Notes: generated from the letters alone by a model not told the origin. 59,676 nucleotides of DNA from an uncultured Flavobacteriales bacterium (GCA_964021785.1 CAXIAX010000005.1:1-59676); one strand, 5' to 3'; shown: positions 17,922 to 28,753, counted from the first letter of the stretch. Made by a program: numbers and translations.

Positions 17922-18719
17922 CTATACCACCAAAAAGAAAGGATTGTACAAATCTTCCTTATTATAAGTTACCTTTTTATTGGTATTAATGTCATAAATA
18001 TCTTTCCCTACTCCATTCACAATTGCGTGTCCTGCAGCAGTATCCCATTCCATACAGGGATAATCTCTTGGGTAAATATCCATTTTCCCTTCGGCTATTC
18101 TACAAAACTTAAGTGAGCTAGAAAGCTTAACAAATTCAAACTCCGAAAAATTTAGTTTTTGAATCCTTGGAGATTCATTAAAAAAACTAAGTTGTGTACT
18201 TCTACCCCCAGTTACTACAATTTTTTCTACACTTGTTTGGTGAGTTGGCAATTCTATAGATTGGTCTATTTGTTTCTCTAGCTCTTCGTTTTCTTTGTAA
18301 TCAAATTTATAGCTTCCTATTTTATCTCCTCCATAAAACAACTCTTTGGTTACGGGAACATAAATAACTCCAAATACAGGAACTCCATTTTTTACCAATC
18401 CAATATTTACTGTAAATTCATCTGTTTTTTTTACAAATTCTTTGGTTCCATCCAATGGATCTACAATCCATACTTTGTCCCAGTTTTTTCTAACTTCATA
18501 TTCTTCTGGCTCATCTTCTTCGCCAATTACCGGGATATCTGTTTTATTCAAATAAGAAGAAATAATTTTAGTGGAAATTAAATCGGCTTTGGTTACAGGT
18601 GAGTTATCTGCTTTTATCACCACTCCCAAGTCATTGGAATGAAACACTTCCATAATTGCAATTCCAGCTTCTACAGAAGCCTTAATTGCCGTGCGATATA
18701 AAGGGGGTAATTTATTCAT
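17922..18719 (-). CDS. cysQ: 3'(2'),5'-bisphosphate nucleotidase / inositol monophosphatase family
   Basis: 265 aa. Motifs WIVDPLDGTKEF and WDTAAGHAI. Confidence 0.8.
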   Translation of the reverse strand: MNKLPPLYRTAIKASVEAGIAIMEVFHSNDLGVVIKADNSPVTKADLISTKIISSYLNKTDIPVIGEEDEPEEYEVRKNWDKVWIVDPLDGTKEFVKKTDEFTVNIGLVKNGVPVFGVIYVPVTKELFYGGDKIGSYKFDYKENEELEKQIDQSIELPTHQTSVEKIVVTGGRSTQLSFFNESPRIQKLNFSEFEFVKLSSSLKFCRIAEGKMDIYPRDYPCMEWDTAAGHAIVNGVGKDIYDINTNKKVTYNKEDLYNPFFLVV

Positions 18720-18722
18720 AAT

Positions 18723-19454
18723 TTATAAGCTCATCATTTCTCTAAATTTTTGCGCCTGTCTTCTTGAGACCTCAATTTCTTCCCCTGTTTTTAAAGTTAA
18801 TTTTAACCCTCCACTGAACCAATTATCAACTTTAGATATCCAAGCTACATTTACAATGTTCTTCCTGTTGGTTCTAAAAAACTGTTTATCTTCCAATCTC
18901 TCCTCAATCTTATTAAGCGACCTCAACAATAAGGGTTTATTATCATCAAAAAATACTTTTATGTAATTCCCTACAGATTCAAAATAACGAATATCTTCTA
19001 ACTTCACAAACCAACACTTTTCTCCATCTTTGATAAATATTTTATCTCCATAAGCCAATTTTTCTGTGCTTATTTGCTCTTCCTCCACCTCTGTCACTTC
19101 ATTCTCTATCTCTTCTCTTACTTTGTTCAAAGTATTTGCTAACCGTTCGTGATCTACAGGCTTCAAGATATAGTCAAATGCATTTACTTCAAATGCTTTT
19201 ATCGCAAATTCATCATAAGCAGTAACAAATATAATTGTAGGTGTGTAGTCTAGCTCTTCTAGTAAATCAAAACCTGTTTTCTCGGGCATTTGTATATCCA
19301 AGAACACCAAGTCTGGCTTTTCCTTTTCTATTGCTTTTTTTGCTTCATCAGCATTAGCACATTCTGCTATTACTTCAATAAAAGAATGTTCACTTAGCAA
19401 TTTATTAAGCTCTTTTCTAGCTAGCCTTTCATCATCTACTATTATTGTTCTCAT
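18723..19454 (-). CDS. LytR/AlgR (LytTR) family response regulator
   Basis: 243 aa. Receiver domain (DLVFLDIQMP) plus a C-terminal LytTR DNA-binding domain. Confidence 0.9.
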   Translation of the reverse strand: MRTIIVDDERLARKELNKLLSEHSFIEVIAECANADEAKKAIEKEKPDLVFLDIQMPEKTGFDLLEELDYTPTIIFVTAYDEFAIKAFEVNAFDYILKPVDHERLANTLNKVREEIENEVTEVEEEQISTEKLAYGDKIFIKDGEKCWFVKLEDIRYFESVGNYIKVFFDDNKPLLLRSLNKIEERLEDKQFFRTNRKNIVNVAWISKVDNWFSGGLKLTLKTGEEIEVSRRQAQKFREMMSL

Positions 19455-20499
19455 TGGGTTTATTTAGTAATATTAATATTTCTGATTTCACCTCTCCTCC
19501 TACTTGCCTCAAATCAAAAGTGGCGTCATTCCCATAAATAAGTTTTAGCCTCTTTATTGTGTTCTTTACTCCTATTCCTGTATCAGATTGGTGACTTTCG
19601 TCTAGTTTACCAGTATTAGAAACAATTACAGATAAGTAATTATCTATGATTCTTATTTCATAACTAATTGTTCCTCCTCCCATCAACTTTGCTATACCGT
19701 GTTTTATTGCATTCTCGGTAATGGTTTGCAACAACAATGGCGGAATCAAAACAGATAAACTTCTTGGTTCTATTTCCTTTTTTACTTGTAATCGTTCTTC
19801 GTATCTTATTTTTTCCAAACTCAAATAATCGTCTACAATTGCCATTTCTTCTTTTATAGAAATAAGGTTTTTCTTGCTATACACCAAGGCATTTCTCAAT
19901 ACATTGGATAATTGGGTAATGGCTTTTTTCGATAACTCAGGATCTTCATCTACCAATGCTCTTATGCTATTCATTGCATTAAACATAAAATGAGGATTAA
20001 GCTGCGAACGTAAATTTTTCAATTCTACTTCGGTATTGAGTGCAAGCATCTCCATGTTTTTAAACTGCTCTCTTCTTACCTTATAAAACAAAAGGTATAC
20101 GAAATAAAGAATACTCCAAATAAAATACACAAGCACACCAGAGGTAATTACCTCCAAGGAGAAAAATGAAAATCCCGTTTGACCAATTCCAAGTCGCACC
20201 AAATGAGTGGTAACCGAAAACAAAATTCCCAAAAACACACTTGCTATAAGAATCCTGAGTAAGAGATGACCAATTGGCCGCATTATCCAATTAAAATGAA
20301 CAACATATTTTCTGTAAAAATGACTGATTAGCACATTTACTCCAAAAACTAATCCCAAAAACAGAATTAATTTCCCTCTACTTCCTCCGTCATTGTAATT
20401 TAAAAACCCCACAATCATCACAAATAATCCCCATCCAAAAATTTGAAACATGAGATACTGAGTTCTATTGGTAATCTTTATTTCTTTGGAGTTTGTCAT
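19432..20499 (-). CDS. LytS-type sensor histidine kinase
   Basis: 355 aa. About 4 N-terminal TM segments and a His_kinase motif LNPHFMFNAMNSI. Overlaps the downstream regulator gene by 23 nt. Confidence 0.85.
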   Translation of the reverse strand: MTNSKEIKITNRTQYLMFQIFGWGLFVMIVGFLNYNDGGSRGKLILFLGLVFGVNVLISHFYRKYVVHFNWIMRPIGHLLLRILIASVFLGILFSVTTHLVRLGIGQTGFSFFSLEVITSGVLVYFIWSILYFVYLLFYKVRREQFKNMEMLALNTEVELKNLRSQLNPHFMFNAMNSIRALVDEDPELSKKAITQLSNVLRNALVYSKKNLISIKEEMAIVDDYLSLEKIRYEERLQVKKEIEPRSLSVLIPPLLLQTITENAIKHGIAKLMGGGTISYEIRIIDNYLSVIVSNTGKLDESHQSDTGIGVKNTIKRLKLIYGNDATFDLRQVGGEVKSEILILLNKPNENNNSR

Positions 20500-20536
20500 C
20501 TATTCTAAAGTACATTTTTTTATTTACAATAATAAA

Positions 20537-21574
20537 TTAATCTCTCTTAGACTGTAACTGAGGCAAAAGCCTTAGGTAAATTTCTACAAAAAAAGCAAAA
20601 ATAAGAATAGACAATAATATATGAATTGGTTGCGCAAATGCTGGCATTCCGATATAAAACAACACAATTCCTGCTATAATTTCTAATACGGTAAATACTA
20701 TTAAGTAATTAAGCGGCTTAATAAACCTAGGAATGTTTCGCAATTTCACGAACAGAAAGCCAATGGCAAATACCAATAAAAATGAAAATGAACGGTGGAT
20801 GTAGAACATATAGTCAAAACCTTGAGCAACTAATTCTCTTTCTATTCCTGCATCCATCAATACATCCGTTTGTTGCCTTACTTGTGTTCCTAGCACAATT
20901 TGAATTATCATTAATATAATTCCCGTAATCGCAACTGATTTCAATGTTGACCCAGGATTATTTCCCTCCTTTGCTTTTGCATTAATTTCTTTGTTTACTA
21001 ATTTCAATAGTAGTAATTGAACCACCACCATTACAGTAACCCCAAGCATGTGGTAAGTTATCATGTATGGATTAAGGTTGGTATCTACAGTTAGTTTTCC
21101 TAACCATGCTTGAAACAAAATCAAGAACAATTGAATAAGTGACAGCCATAAAAACCAGTTGTTTATTTTTTTGTTTTTTACAGCAAAATAAATCAATATC
21201 AATGCAAAAAATCCTAGCAAAGCTCCAAATAATCTATTTACATATTCGGTCCAGGTATGGTATACATTAAACACTGCGTAATTGTGTTTGGTATAAGCTT
21301 TCCAGTTATTTTCATTGTAAGTCTCGGCAGTAGTAAAATCCGATTTGGCTAAGACCAATGCTTCTTTATGAATTATTATTTGTCCTTTTTCAAACTCATG
21401 GTTCTCTTTCCATTCAATTTGACTTTGTTCTGTAGGTGGAATTAAATAACCAAAACACTTTGGCCAATCTGGGCAACCCATTCCCGACCCCGACATTCTC
21501 ACTACACTTCCTGCAATTATTACGAAGTATATATTAATCAATACAATCCAAGTAAATACCTTTAAGCTTTTCAT
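20537..21574 (-). CDS. ctaA: Heme A synthase (COX15/CtaA family)
   Basis: 345-aa polytopic membrane protein. N-terminal GCPDWPKCFG motif and conserved His in TM helices. Confidence 0.8.
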   Translation of the reverse strand: MKSLKVFTWIVLINIYFVIIAGSVVRMSGSGMGCPDWPKCFGYLIPPTEQSQIEWKENHEFEKGQIIIHKEALVLAKSDFTTAETYNENNWKAYTKHNYAVFNVYHTWTEYVNRLFGALLGFFALILIYFAVKNKKINNWFLWLSLIQLFLILFQAWLGKLTVDTNLNPYMITYHMLGVTVMVVVQLLLLKLVNKEINAKAKEGNNPGSTLKSVAITGIILMIIQIVLGTQVRQQTDVLMDAGIERELVAQGFDYMFYIHRSFSFLLVFAIGFLFVKLRNIPRFIKPLNYLIVFTVLEIIAGIVLFYIGMPAFAQPIHILLSILIFAFFVEIYLRLLPQLQSKRD

Positions 21575-21581
21575 TTTTTCT

Positions 21582-22961
21582 TTATTTTAATTCTTTTATC
21601 CATTCTGATATAGCAAATAACACTTCCCTATCTATTGTGGTTTCAATTGCTACATATTCATCTATATTCCCTGTAATTGCTGGCTGCATAAGATGATTAA
21701 GACTACCAAAAGTAATAATCGTATTGTCCACCTTACATAATCTTTTAGAGTTTAATGCCTCTGATATCCCTTTCAAATTTGATTCAGAATCTACCTGAAT
21801 ATCTTTTCCTCCTCCCATTGCAAGCAAGGGGCATTTTACTTTTCTCAAATAATCGGATGGCTCTATCCTTATAAAACTTTTGTACCAAGGTCCGTCTACA
21901 CCTGCCAAAATTTGATTTGTCACTGTTTTAATCTCAACCTCACTCAATCCTTCTTTAGTATATTTTTCTTTCGTTATACTTTTTATCAATTCAATCTTCT
22001 CCGCATGAGTAGATGAACTTGTAACAACACCATCTATTTTATTAAACATTTCTTTATTTGCCAAAATAGCTTCCTCAGTCATTCCTGCAATTTCATATTG
22101 GTTCCTTCTTTGCTTATGCATTAATTCTTTCACAGGAACTCCAGGTCCTCCCATCATAATTACAAAATCTATTTTTTTCTTATTCTCCGAAGCATATCTT
22201 GGCGCAATAATTCCTCCTTCACTGTGACCAAACAATCCAAGCTTACTCACCTCTTTTCTTTCCAATAGTTGATTAACAATTACATTTACATCACTTTGAA
22301 AATCATTCAAATCACTTCCTTTATATTTCCCTGTAGATTTTCCAACTCCTCTTTCGTCATACCTAAAAGAACCTATTCCTTGCTTGGCAAGATGATCTGC
22401 AATTACAGCAAAAGATTTGTGCCCTACAATTTCGCTATCTCTATTTTGTGGCCCCGATCCCGAAATAAGAATAACCACAGGATATTTTCCTTCTTTGGAT
22501 GGCAAAGTAAATGTTCCCGACAAAGATAAATTTGCTTCTTTATTTTCTACAGTTATTTCTTCAGTATAATAATCAAAAGGAGGGATTGGGGTTTGAGGGC
22601 GTGCCAATTCTTTTGCCTCTACCCCTTTGTTTTTAGAAAAAACCAATGGAAACACCATTCCATTCTGAATCCATTCTCCGTCAATCTCTTCCCCTTCTAA
22701 TCTTCCTATAAATTTAGAATTAATGCTATTGATGTAAAAAGCAAACTCACTATTCATAGAGTAAAAACTATCTATTAAAAATGTAAAAGATTTTTGTTCA
22801 GTAATAGTTAGTTTTTTAGAATCATCCTCAATGGTAAGTTTCAACTTTGCAACTCTCGAACCTAAAGCCATTTTTCCGTACCAATCTCCGTTTACATCTT
22901 GACCAAAAGAGGAAAAATTAAACAAAACAATCATTGAAAAAATTATACTCCTTATTATCAT
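21582..22961 (-). CDS. Secreted alpha/beta hydrolase
   Basis: 459 aa. Signal peptide and nucleophile elbow GHSEGG. Confidence 0.75.
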   Translation of the reverse strand: MIIRSIIFSMIVLFNFSSFGQDVNGDWYGKMALGSRVAKLKLTIEDDSKKLTITEQKSFTFLIDSFYSMNSEFAFYINSINSKFIGRLEGEEIDGEWIQNGMVFPLVFSKNKGVEAKELARPQTPIPPFDYYTEEITVENKEANLSLSGTFTLPSKEGKYPVVILISGSGPQNRDSEIVGHKSFAVIADHLAKQGIGSFRYDERGVGKSTGKYKGSDLNDFQSDVNVIVNQLLERKEVSKLGLFGHSEGGIIAPRYASENKKKIDFVIMMGGPGVPVKELMHKQRRNQYEIAGMTEEAILANKEMFNKIDGVVTSSSTHAEKIELIKSITKEKYTKEGLSEVEIKTVTNQILAGVDGPWYKSFIRIEPSDYLRKVKCPLLAMGGGKDIQVDSESNLKGISEALNSKRLCKVDNTIITFGSLNHLMQPAITGNIDEYVAIETTIDREVLFAISEWIKELK

Positions 22962-23148
22962 ACTTTTATGTGTTTTTATCCGTGTAAAAGCTATCTTTAC
23001 CGAAGATTAAAATTACAACTTTCTAAGAAATTTTTTGCCTTAAAAAATCATTAGTTTCAAAAGTTGAAAATATTGCTTAAAAAATTAACTTCGCAACTTA
23101 CTTTGGCAGACTTTTTGCCCTATTATTTGCTCAAAAATATATTTATAA

Positions 23149-25560
23149 ATGCTCTTTACTCGATTACTCCTTTTAACTTTTCTGTTTCTTCAGTTTTCAG
23201 GTTGGTCACAAACTGTAACTATAAAAGATTTACAAACCGAAAAACCAATAGAAAATGTATTGGTAACAAACCAATCCAAAACGGTAAAAAAATACAGTAA
23301 TGCCAATGGAGAAGTAGACCTTAAAGAGTTCAACACAAAAGAATTAATCTATTTTTCTCACCAATCATTTGCTAAAGAAAAAAGAACATTTAAACAAATA
23401 GAAGAGGAAGAGTATTTGGTAAGAATGATTAATGAAATAATGCTTCCTTCAATTGATATAAAACCTCCCAGAGAAAGTGTACAAAAAGACTTTTCTACTG
23501 TGCGAATAGACAAAATAAGCTCTTCGGAAATGAAGCAAAGCTTACCACAGACCTCAGCAGATATGCTACAAAAAAACGCCAATATTTTGGTGCAAAAGTC
23601 TCAATCTGGAGGTGGAAGCCCAATAATTAGAGGATTTGAAGCAAACAAAGTCCTATTGGTAATTGACGGAGTAAGACTAAATAATGCTATTTACAGAAGT
23701 GGACATCTTCAAAATGCAATAACTGTCGACAATAATATATTTGAAAGTACGGATGTTTTTTACGGACCTGGATCCGTAATTTATGGAAGTGACGCACTAG
23801 GAGGTGTAATTCATTTTCATACCAAAAACCCTGAATTATCAAATGATTCTAATGCTGTGATTAGAACAAATTTTATGACGCGACACGGAAGTGCAAACGG
23901 AGAAAACACCAACCACATTCATTTTAATTATGGAAGAAAAAAATGGGGAAGTTTAACTTCTTTCACTTTTTCCGATTTTGAAGATTTCAACATGGGAAAA
24001 AACAGAAATCATGGTTATGAAGATTTTGGGAAAATTGCCAACTACGTTACTACCATAAATGGGCAAGATTCTATGATTGCAAATCCCGACCAAAACTCAC
24101 ATCCAAGAACAAGCTACAACCAACTGGATTTATTGCAAAAATTCACTTACAAAATTAATGACGACTACAACCTTGGATTAAACATTCAATATTCTCAATC
24201 GAGCGAGATTAATAGATTTGACAAGTTGAACGAATACAGTAACGAAAATCTAAAATATGCAGAATGGTATTACGGCCCACAAAAAAGGTTGTTATCTGCT
24301 TTGAAATTTGAATCAAAAAAGGAATCTAAACTAGCTGATTATTATACAATAGTGGGTGCTTTCCAGAAAATTGACGAAGACAGAATATCTAGAAAATACC
24401 AAGACTCTCAAATGTTTTCGGAGAATGAAGATGTGTATGTGTATAGCTTGAATGCCGATTTCTTGAAAAAAATTAATGAGAAAGAAGTTCTTTATTATGG
24501 AGCTGAATTAAGCCACAATGAAGTAAACTCTACCGCTACCGAAAAAAACATAATAACCCAAGAAGAAGACTTAACACAGACTCGTTACCCAAACGGAGAC
24601 AATCGAATAAGTGCATTAGCTTTATACGCTTCTATGGATAAAAAACTAAACCAAAGATTAACTTTAAATGCAGGAGCTAGGTATAGTTATTTTATCAACT
24701 ACTCTACTTTTACCGATACTTTCTTGATCGATTACCCGTTTGATGAAATAAAATTTAACACAGGAGCTCCATCTGGAAGTATCAGTTTAAAATACAAAGA
24801 CAAACACGGATTTAGAGGAGAAGTTATAGGTTCGTCAGGATTTAGATCTCCCAATGTAGATGACTACGGAAAAGTGTTTGAAAAAGACGGAGATGTTGTA
24901 ATTCCAAATAATAACCTGAAACCAGAATATGTATTTAATTACGAAGTAAATTTCTCTAAAAGATGGGAAAGAAATGACAGAGAGTACCTCTCATTAAAAA
25001 TAGCAGGTTATTACACTTCAATAAAAGATGCCATTGTACAAAGTAATTACCAAATAAATGGACAAGATTCTATTGTTTATAGAGGAGAAAAACTAAACAT
25101 TGAATCTAACCAAAACGTAAATGCGGCTATGATTTATGGAGGTTCTTTTGATGCTAGAATTAACTTTACAACTTTCCTTAGTTTTAATGGAGCTATAAAC
25201 TACACAGTAGGAAAAAACAAAACGGACGAGACTAACCTATCACACATTCCACCAATTTTTGGAAGAATGAATTTGACTTACAGCAATAAAAAAATAAGAA
25301 TTCAGCTAAATTCTATGTTTAATGGAGAGAAAAAACTAGCAGATTACGGTCCTGGATCTACGGACAATCCTGAGGATGCAACTGTAGACGGAACACCAGC
25401 ATGGACGATTTTTGGAATAAGTGCATCTTACAACTTATTGCAAAACATCACAATACAAGGAAATATTGACAACATAATGGATACTCACTACAAACAATTT
25501 GCATCAGGAATTAGCTCATTAGGAAGAAATTTCACTCTTTCTATTCGTGGAAATTTTTAA
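23149..25560 (+). CDS. TonB-dependent receptor
   Basis: 803 aa. Signal peptide, N-terminal carboxypeptidase-regulatory-like segment, plug motif (SPIIRGFEANKVLLVIDGVRLNN), C-terminal barrel ending in an aromatic residue (IRGNF). Confidence 0.9.
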   Translation: MLFTRLLLLTFLFLQFSGWSQTVTIKDLQTEKPIENVLVTNQSKTVKKYSNANGEVDLKEFNTKELIYFSHQSFAKEKRTFKQIEEEEYLVRMINEIMLPSIDIKPPRESVQKDFSTVRIDKISSSEMKQSLPQTSADMLQKNANILVQKSQSGGGSPIIRGFEANKVLLVIDGVRLNNAIYRSGHLQNAITVDNNIFESTDVFYGPGSVIYGSDALGGVIHFHTKNPELSNDSNAVIRTNFMTRHGSANGENTNHIHFNYGRKKWGSLTSFTFSDFEDFNMGKNRNHGYEDFGKIANYVTTINGQDSMIANPDQNSHPRTSYNQLDLLQKFTYKINDDYNLGLNIQYSQSSEINRFDKLNEYSNENLKYAEWYYGPQKRLLSALKFESKKESKLADYYTIVGAFQKIDEDRISRKYQDSQMFSENEDVYVYSLNADFLKKINEKEVLYYGAELSHNEVNSTATEKNIITQEEDLTQTRYPNGDNRISALALYASMDKKLNQRLTLNAGARYSYFINYSTFTDTFLIDYPFDEIKFNTGAPSGSISLKYKDKHGFRGEVIGSSGFRSPNVDDYGKVFEKDGDVVIPNNNLKPEYVFNYEVNFSKRWERNDREYLSLKIAGYYTSIKDAIVQSNYQINGQDSIVYRGEKLNIESNQNVNAAMIYGGSFDARINFTTFLSFNGAINYTVGKNKTDETNLSHIPPIFGRMNLTYSNKKIRIQLNSMFNGEKKLADYGPGSTDNPEDATVDGTPAWTIFGISASYNLLQNITIQGNIDNIMDTHYKQFASGISSLGRNFTLSIRGNF

Positions 25561-25640
25561 TTTAAGTAAAATATCAAAAACTATTATTTATCAGTAAGTT
25601 ATACATTAAAAAAGTGAGTTCGCATATTCATCATTTTTTG

Positions 25641-25648
25641 TATCTTTG
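25641..25648 (+). promoter_or_regulatory. Candidate Bacteroidota -7 promoter box upstream of the M23 peptidase gene
   Basis: TATCTTTG matches TAnnTTTG, 31 nt before the ATG at 25679. Confidence 0.35.
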
Positions 25649-25678
25649 AAAGAGTCTTGAAAAAGATAAAAAGTAGAA

Positions 25679-26635
25679 ATGAGCAAAAGAGCAAAATATA
25701 AATACGACCCCAATACTCTTCAATATCAAAAAATTGAACTGACGCTTACTGAGGTATTAAAAAAAATACTTAAGTACACGGCTGTAGGTCTTATTATTGC
25801 TGGAGTAATCATTTTAATTTCTTACCCATTTATACAAGATTACTCAACAAGAAAGGCGCAAAAGAAAATTGAATTTTTAGAATCTAATTTTCAATCTATA
25901 AATTCAGAAATGGATACCATTGTAGCCGTACTAAAAAACCTACAGGAAACTGACAACAACTTATACCGCGTTATTTTTGAAGCAGAACCATACGAAAACA
26001 AAGATTTGAACAGGAAAAATATTCTTGAAAAAAGAACTCATCAAGACTATGTTATATCGCTAAAAGAAAGACTTAACTTACTTACAAAAAGTGCAGTTGG
26101 ACAATCCATTTCCTTTGATTCTTTAATTGTAAAGGCCATTAATAAAGAAAAACTACTGCAGGCCGTCCCTTCTATTATCCCAATAGAAGACAAAGAACTT
26201 ACAAGACTTTCCTCCCCATTTGGGATAAGAAACGACCCTATTTATAATGTGCCAAAAATGCATGCAGGATTAGATTTCACAGCTCCTACTGGTTCTAAAA
26301 TTTACGCTTCTGGTGATGGAGTCATAGAAACAATGGAATTTAGCACAGGTGGTTATGGAAATCACATAATAATAAATCATGGGTTTGGATACAAATCGCA
26401 CTATGCTCACATGAGTGCTTTCAAAACGAAAGTGGGTAAAAAAGTAAAAAGAGGAGAGTTAATTGGACTAGTAGGAAGCACAGGAAAATCTACTGCTCCA
26501 CACCTTCATTATGAAGTAATAAAAAAAGGAAACAAAATTGATCCAATAAACTTCTTTTACAATGACATTACTCCTGACCAGTATCAACAAATGATAGAGA
26601 AAGCAAGAAGCACTGGAGGTTCATCTTTGGATTAA
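25679..26635 (+). CDS. M23 family metallopeptidase (membrane anchored)
   Basis: 318 aa. N-terminal TM, coiled region, LytM motifs HAGLDF and HLHYEV. Confidence 0.9.
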   Translation: MSKRAKYKYDPNTLQYQKIELTLTEVLKKILKYTAVGLIIAGVIILISYPFIQDYSTRKAQKKIEFLESNFQSINSEMDTIVAVLKNLQETDNNLYRVIFEAEPYENKDLNRKNILEKRTHQDYVISLKERLNLLTKSAVGQSISFDSLIVKAINKEKLLQAVPSIIPIEDKELTRLSSPFGIRNDPIYNVPKMHAGLDFTAPTGSKIYASGDGVIETMEFSTGGYGNHIIINHGFGYKSHYAHMSAFKTKVGKKVKRGELIGLVGSTGKSTAPHLHYEVIKKGNKIDPINFFYNDITPDQYQQMIEKARSTGGSSLD

Positions 26636-26645
26636 AAACTGAAAT

Positions 26646-26978
26646 ATGATTACACTAAATTTTGACGAAAGCAAACTATACTACTCCATTGGAGAAGTTT
26701 CTAAAATGTTTAATGTTAATTCTTCATTAATAAGGTTTTGGGAGAAAGAATTCAAACAGCTCGCTCCTAAAAAAACGGAAAGTGGAAAGCGTAAATTTAC
26801 GCAAAAAGACATTGAAACAATTCATAAAATTTATCACTTGGTAAAGGAAAAAGGATTTACCTTGGCTGGCGCAAAAGAACACATGAAAGGAAACAAAAAA
26901 ATTCACTCTAAAACAGATGAAATAGAGTTGAAACTAATTAATATAAAAACTACATTAGCGCAATTATTAAACAAATGA
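26646..26978 (+). CDS. MerR family transcriptional regulator
   Basis: 110 aa. N-terminal HTH (YSIGEVSKMFNVNSSLIRFWEKEF). Confidence 0.8.
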   Translation: MITLNFDESKLYYSIGEVSKMFNVNSSLIRFWEKEFKQLAPKKTESGKRKFTQKDIETIHKIYHLVKEKGFTLAGAKEHMKGNKKIHSKTDEIELKLINIKTTLAQLLNK

Positions 26979-27397
26979 AAGAAGTTACAATTATAAGACG
27001 CGAAAGGTTTTCTTCCGCCCACAAATTATACAATCCTGAATGGAGTGAGCAAGAAAACAAAAATGTGTTTGGTGGATGCTCTAACCCAAATTGGCACGGA
27101 CACAATTACGAGTTAATCGTAAAGGTGAAAGGAGAGATAAATGAAGAGACAGGATTTGTAATGAATCTTAAAGATTTGAGTCTAATATTAAACACGAAAG
27201 TAATAGATAAATTAGACCACAAGAATTTGAACTTGGATGTAGATTTCTTGAAAGACAAAAAAACTTCAACTGAGGTATTGGCTGTCTCTATATGGGAAGA
27301 AATTGAAAACGATATAAAAGAAAAAGGAGCTAAATTAGTAAGTGTAAAGATTAACGAAACAGAAAACAATTCTGTGGAATACTTTGGAGAAAATTAA
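26975..27397 (+). CDS. 6-pyruvoyl-tetrahydropterin synthase / QueD family
   Basis: 140 aa. Motif [11 protein letters not shown] (C-x5-HGH, as in animal-type PTPS). Start overlaps the merR-like stop (ATGA). Confidence 0.85.
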   Translation: MKEVTIIRRERFSSAHKLYNPEWSEQENKNVFGGCSNPNWHGHNYELIVKVKGEINEETGFVMNLKDLSLILNTKVIDKLDHKNLNLDVDFLKDKKTSTEVLAVSIWEEIENDIKEKGAKLVSVKINETENNSVEYFGEN

Positions 27398-27402
27398 GGA
27401 AA

Positions 27403-27999
27403 ATGGGATACAAAAAAATAGAAGAATACGATAACGAGTTGACAGAAAAAATGTCTGGATTTTATGAAAAAATATTATCTGACATTGGAGAAGATCCAAA
27501 AAGAGAAGGATTATTAAAAACCCCTGAAAGAGTAGCAAAAGCAATGCAATTCTTAACTCATGGATACGACATTAACCCTGCAGAGATAATTAAATCTGCC
27601 ATGTTTAGTGAAGACTATAGCCAAATGGTAATTGTGAAAGACATAGAGGTTTATTCTCTTTGTGAACACCACATGTTACCGTTCTTTGGAAAAGCGCACA
27701 TTGCTTACATTCCAAACGGAAAAATTGTTGGACTTAGTAAATTACCTAGAGTAGTAGATGCATTTGCAAGAAGACTGCAAGTACAAGAAAGATTAACAAA
27801 CGAAATAAGAGATTGTATTCAAGAAACACTAAACCCAATGGGTGTGGCGGTTGTAATTGAAGCAAGTCACATGTGCATGCAAATGAGAGGCGTAGAGAAA
27901 CAAAACTCAGTTACAACTACTTCTGCATTTACAGGATTATTTTTAGAAGAAACTACTAGACAAGAATTTATAAAATTAGTATCTTCGAAACTACATTAA
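27403..27999 (+). CDS. folE: GTP cyclohydrolase I
   Basis: 198 aa. Motif CEHHMLPF and an overall FolE-like sequence. Confidence 0.93.
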   Translation: MGYKKIEEYDNELTEKMSGFYEKILSDIGEDPKREGLLKTPERVAKAMQFLTHGYDINPAEIIKSAMFSEDYSQMVIVKDIEVYSLCEHHMLPFFGKAHIAYIPNGKIVGLSKLPRVVDAFARRLQVQERLTNEIRDCIQETLNPMGVAVVIEASHMCMQMRGVEKQNSVTTTSAFTGLFLEETTRQEFIKLVSSKLH

Positions 28000-28024
28000 T
28001 TGACACTATTAAAATTTAAATAAA

Positions 28025-28753
28025 ATGAGAGAAACAAACAACTTTCAACAAGTTATAGACTCTGGAGTGTACGAAAAATCAATGGCCAAATCATTTATGG
28101 CTAAAGTTTTTACTTACATGTTTATAGGATTATTTATTACTGGCTTTGTAGCTTGGTATTTTAATTCATCTGGAATGGTAGGCGAATATTTAATCAACTT
28201 CACAACAGGAGCTGTATCGCCACTATATTATGTTGCTGCATTTGCTCCACTAGCCTTTGTATTTATAATGTCTATGGGGTACAACAAACTAAGTGCACCC
28301 ACTATGCTTATCCTATTTGTGGCATTTGCTATACTAATGGGAGTAAGTTTTAGTACACTATTTGTTCGTTACGCATTAGGAGATATCTATTCTGCTTTTT
28401 TCTCTGCATCCTCAGTATTTGCATTGATGGCAGTAGTAGGTTACACAACTACAACAGATTTAACAAAACTAGGAAACATCCTTTACATAGGATTGATAGG
28501 AATTGTAATAGCAATGGTAGTTAATTTCTTTATGGCTAGTAGCTTCATGAGTTATGTAATTAGCGTATTAGGAGTTGTAATCTTTACTGGATTAACTGCT
28601 TATGACGTACAAAAACTAAAAAGAATTGGTGAAGGTTCTGAAATTGGAACTGCTTCTACTCAAAAAAGAGCAGTATACGGAGCACTAAGCTTATACCTAG
28701 ACTTTATCAACCTATTTTTATTCTTATTAAGATTAATTGGAGGGAGAGACTAA
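28025..28753 (+). CDS. Bax inhibitor-1/YccA family membrane protein
   Basis: 242 aa, 7 predicted TM segments, characteristic charged C-terminus. Confidence 0.85.
   Translation: MRETNNFQQVIDSGVYEKSMAKSFMAKVFTYMFIGLFITGFVAWYFNSSGMVGEYLINFTTGAVSPLYYVAAFAPLAFVFIMSMGYNKLSAPTMLILFVAFAILMGVSFSTLFVRYALGDIYSAFFSASSVFALMAVVGYTTTTDLTKLGNILYIGLIGIVIAMVVNFFMASSFMSYVISVLGVVIFTGLTAYDVQKLKRIGEGSEIGTASTQKRAVYGALSLYLDFINLFLFLLRLIGGRD

Noticed and set aside
22962-23148. Possible riboswitch (cobalamin or TPP) or clean TAnnTTTG promoter upstream of the TonB-dependent receptor
   Set aside because: No conserved riboswitch core sequences were seen. The nearest promoter-like string (TATTATTTG) does not fit TAnnTTTG exactly.
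23064-23300. 78-aa plus-strand ORF overlapping the start of the TonB-dependent receptor
   Set aside because: It is in a different frame from a receptor ORF that has a clear signal peptide at 23149, and it has no protein-like features.
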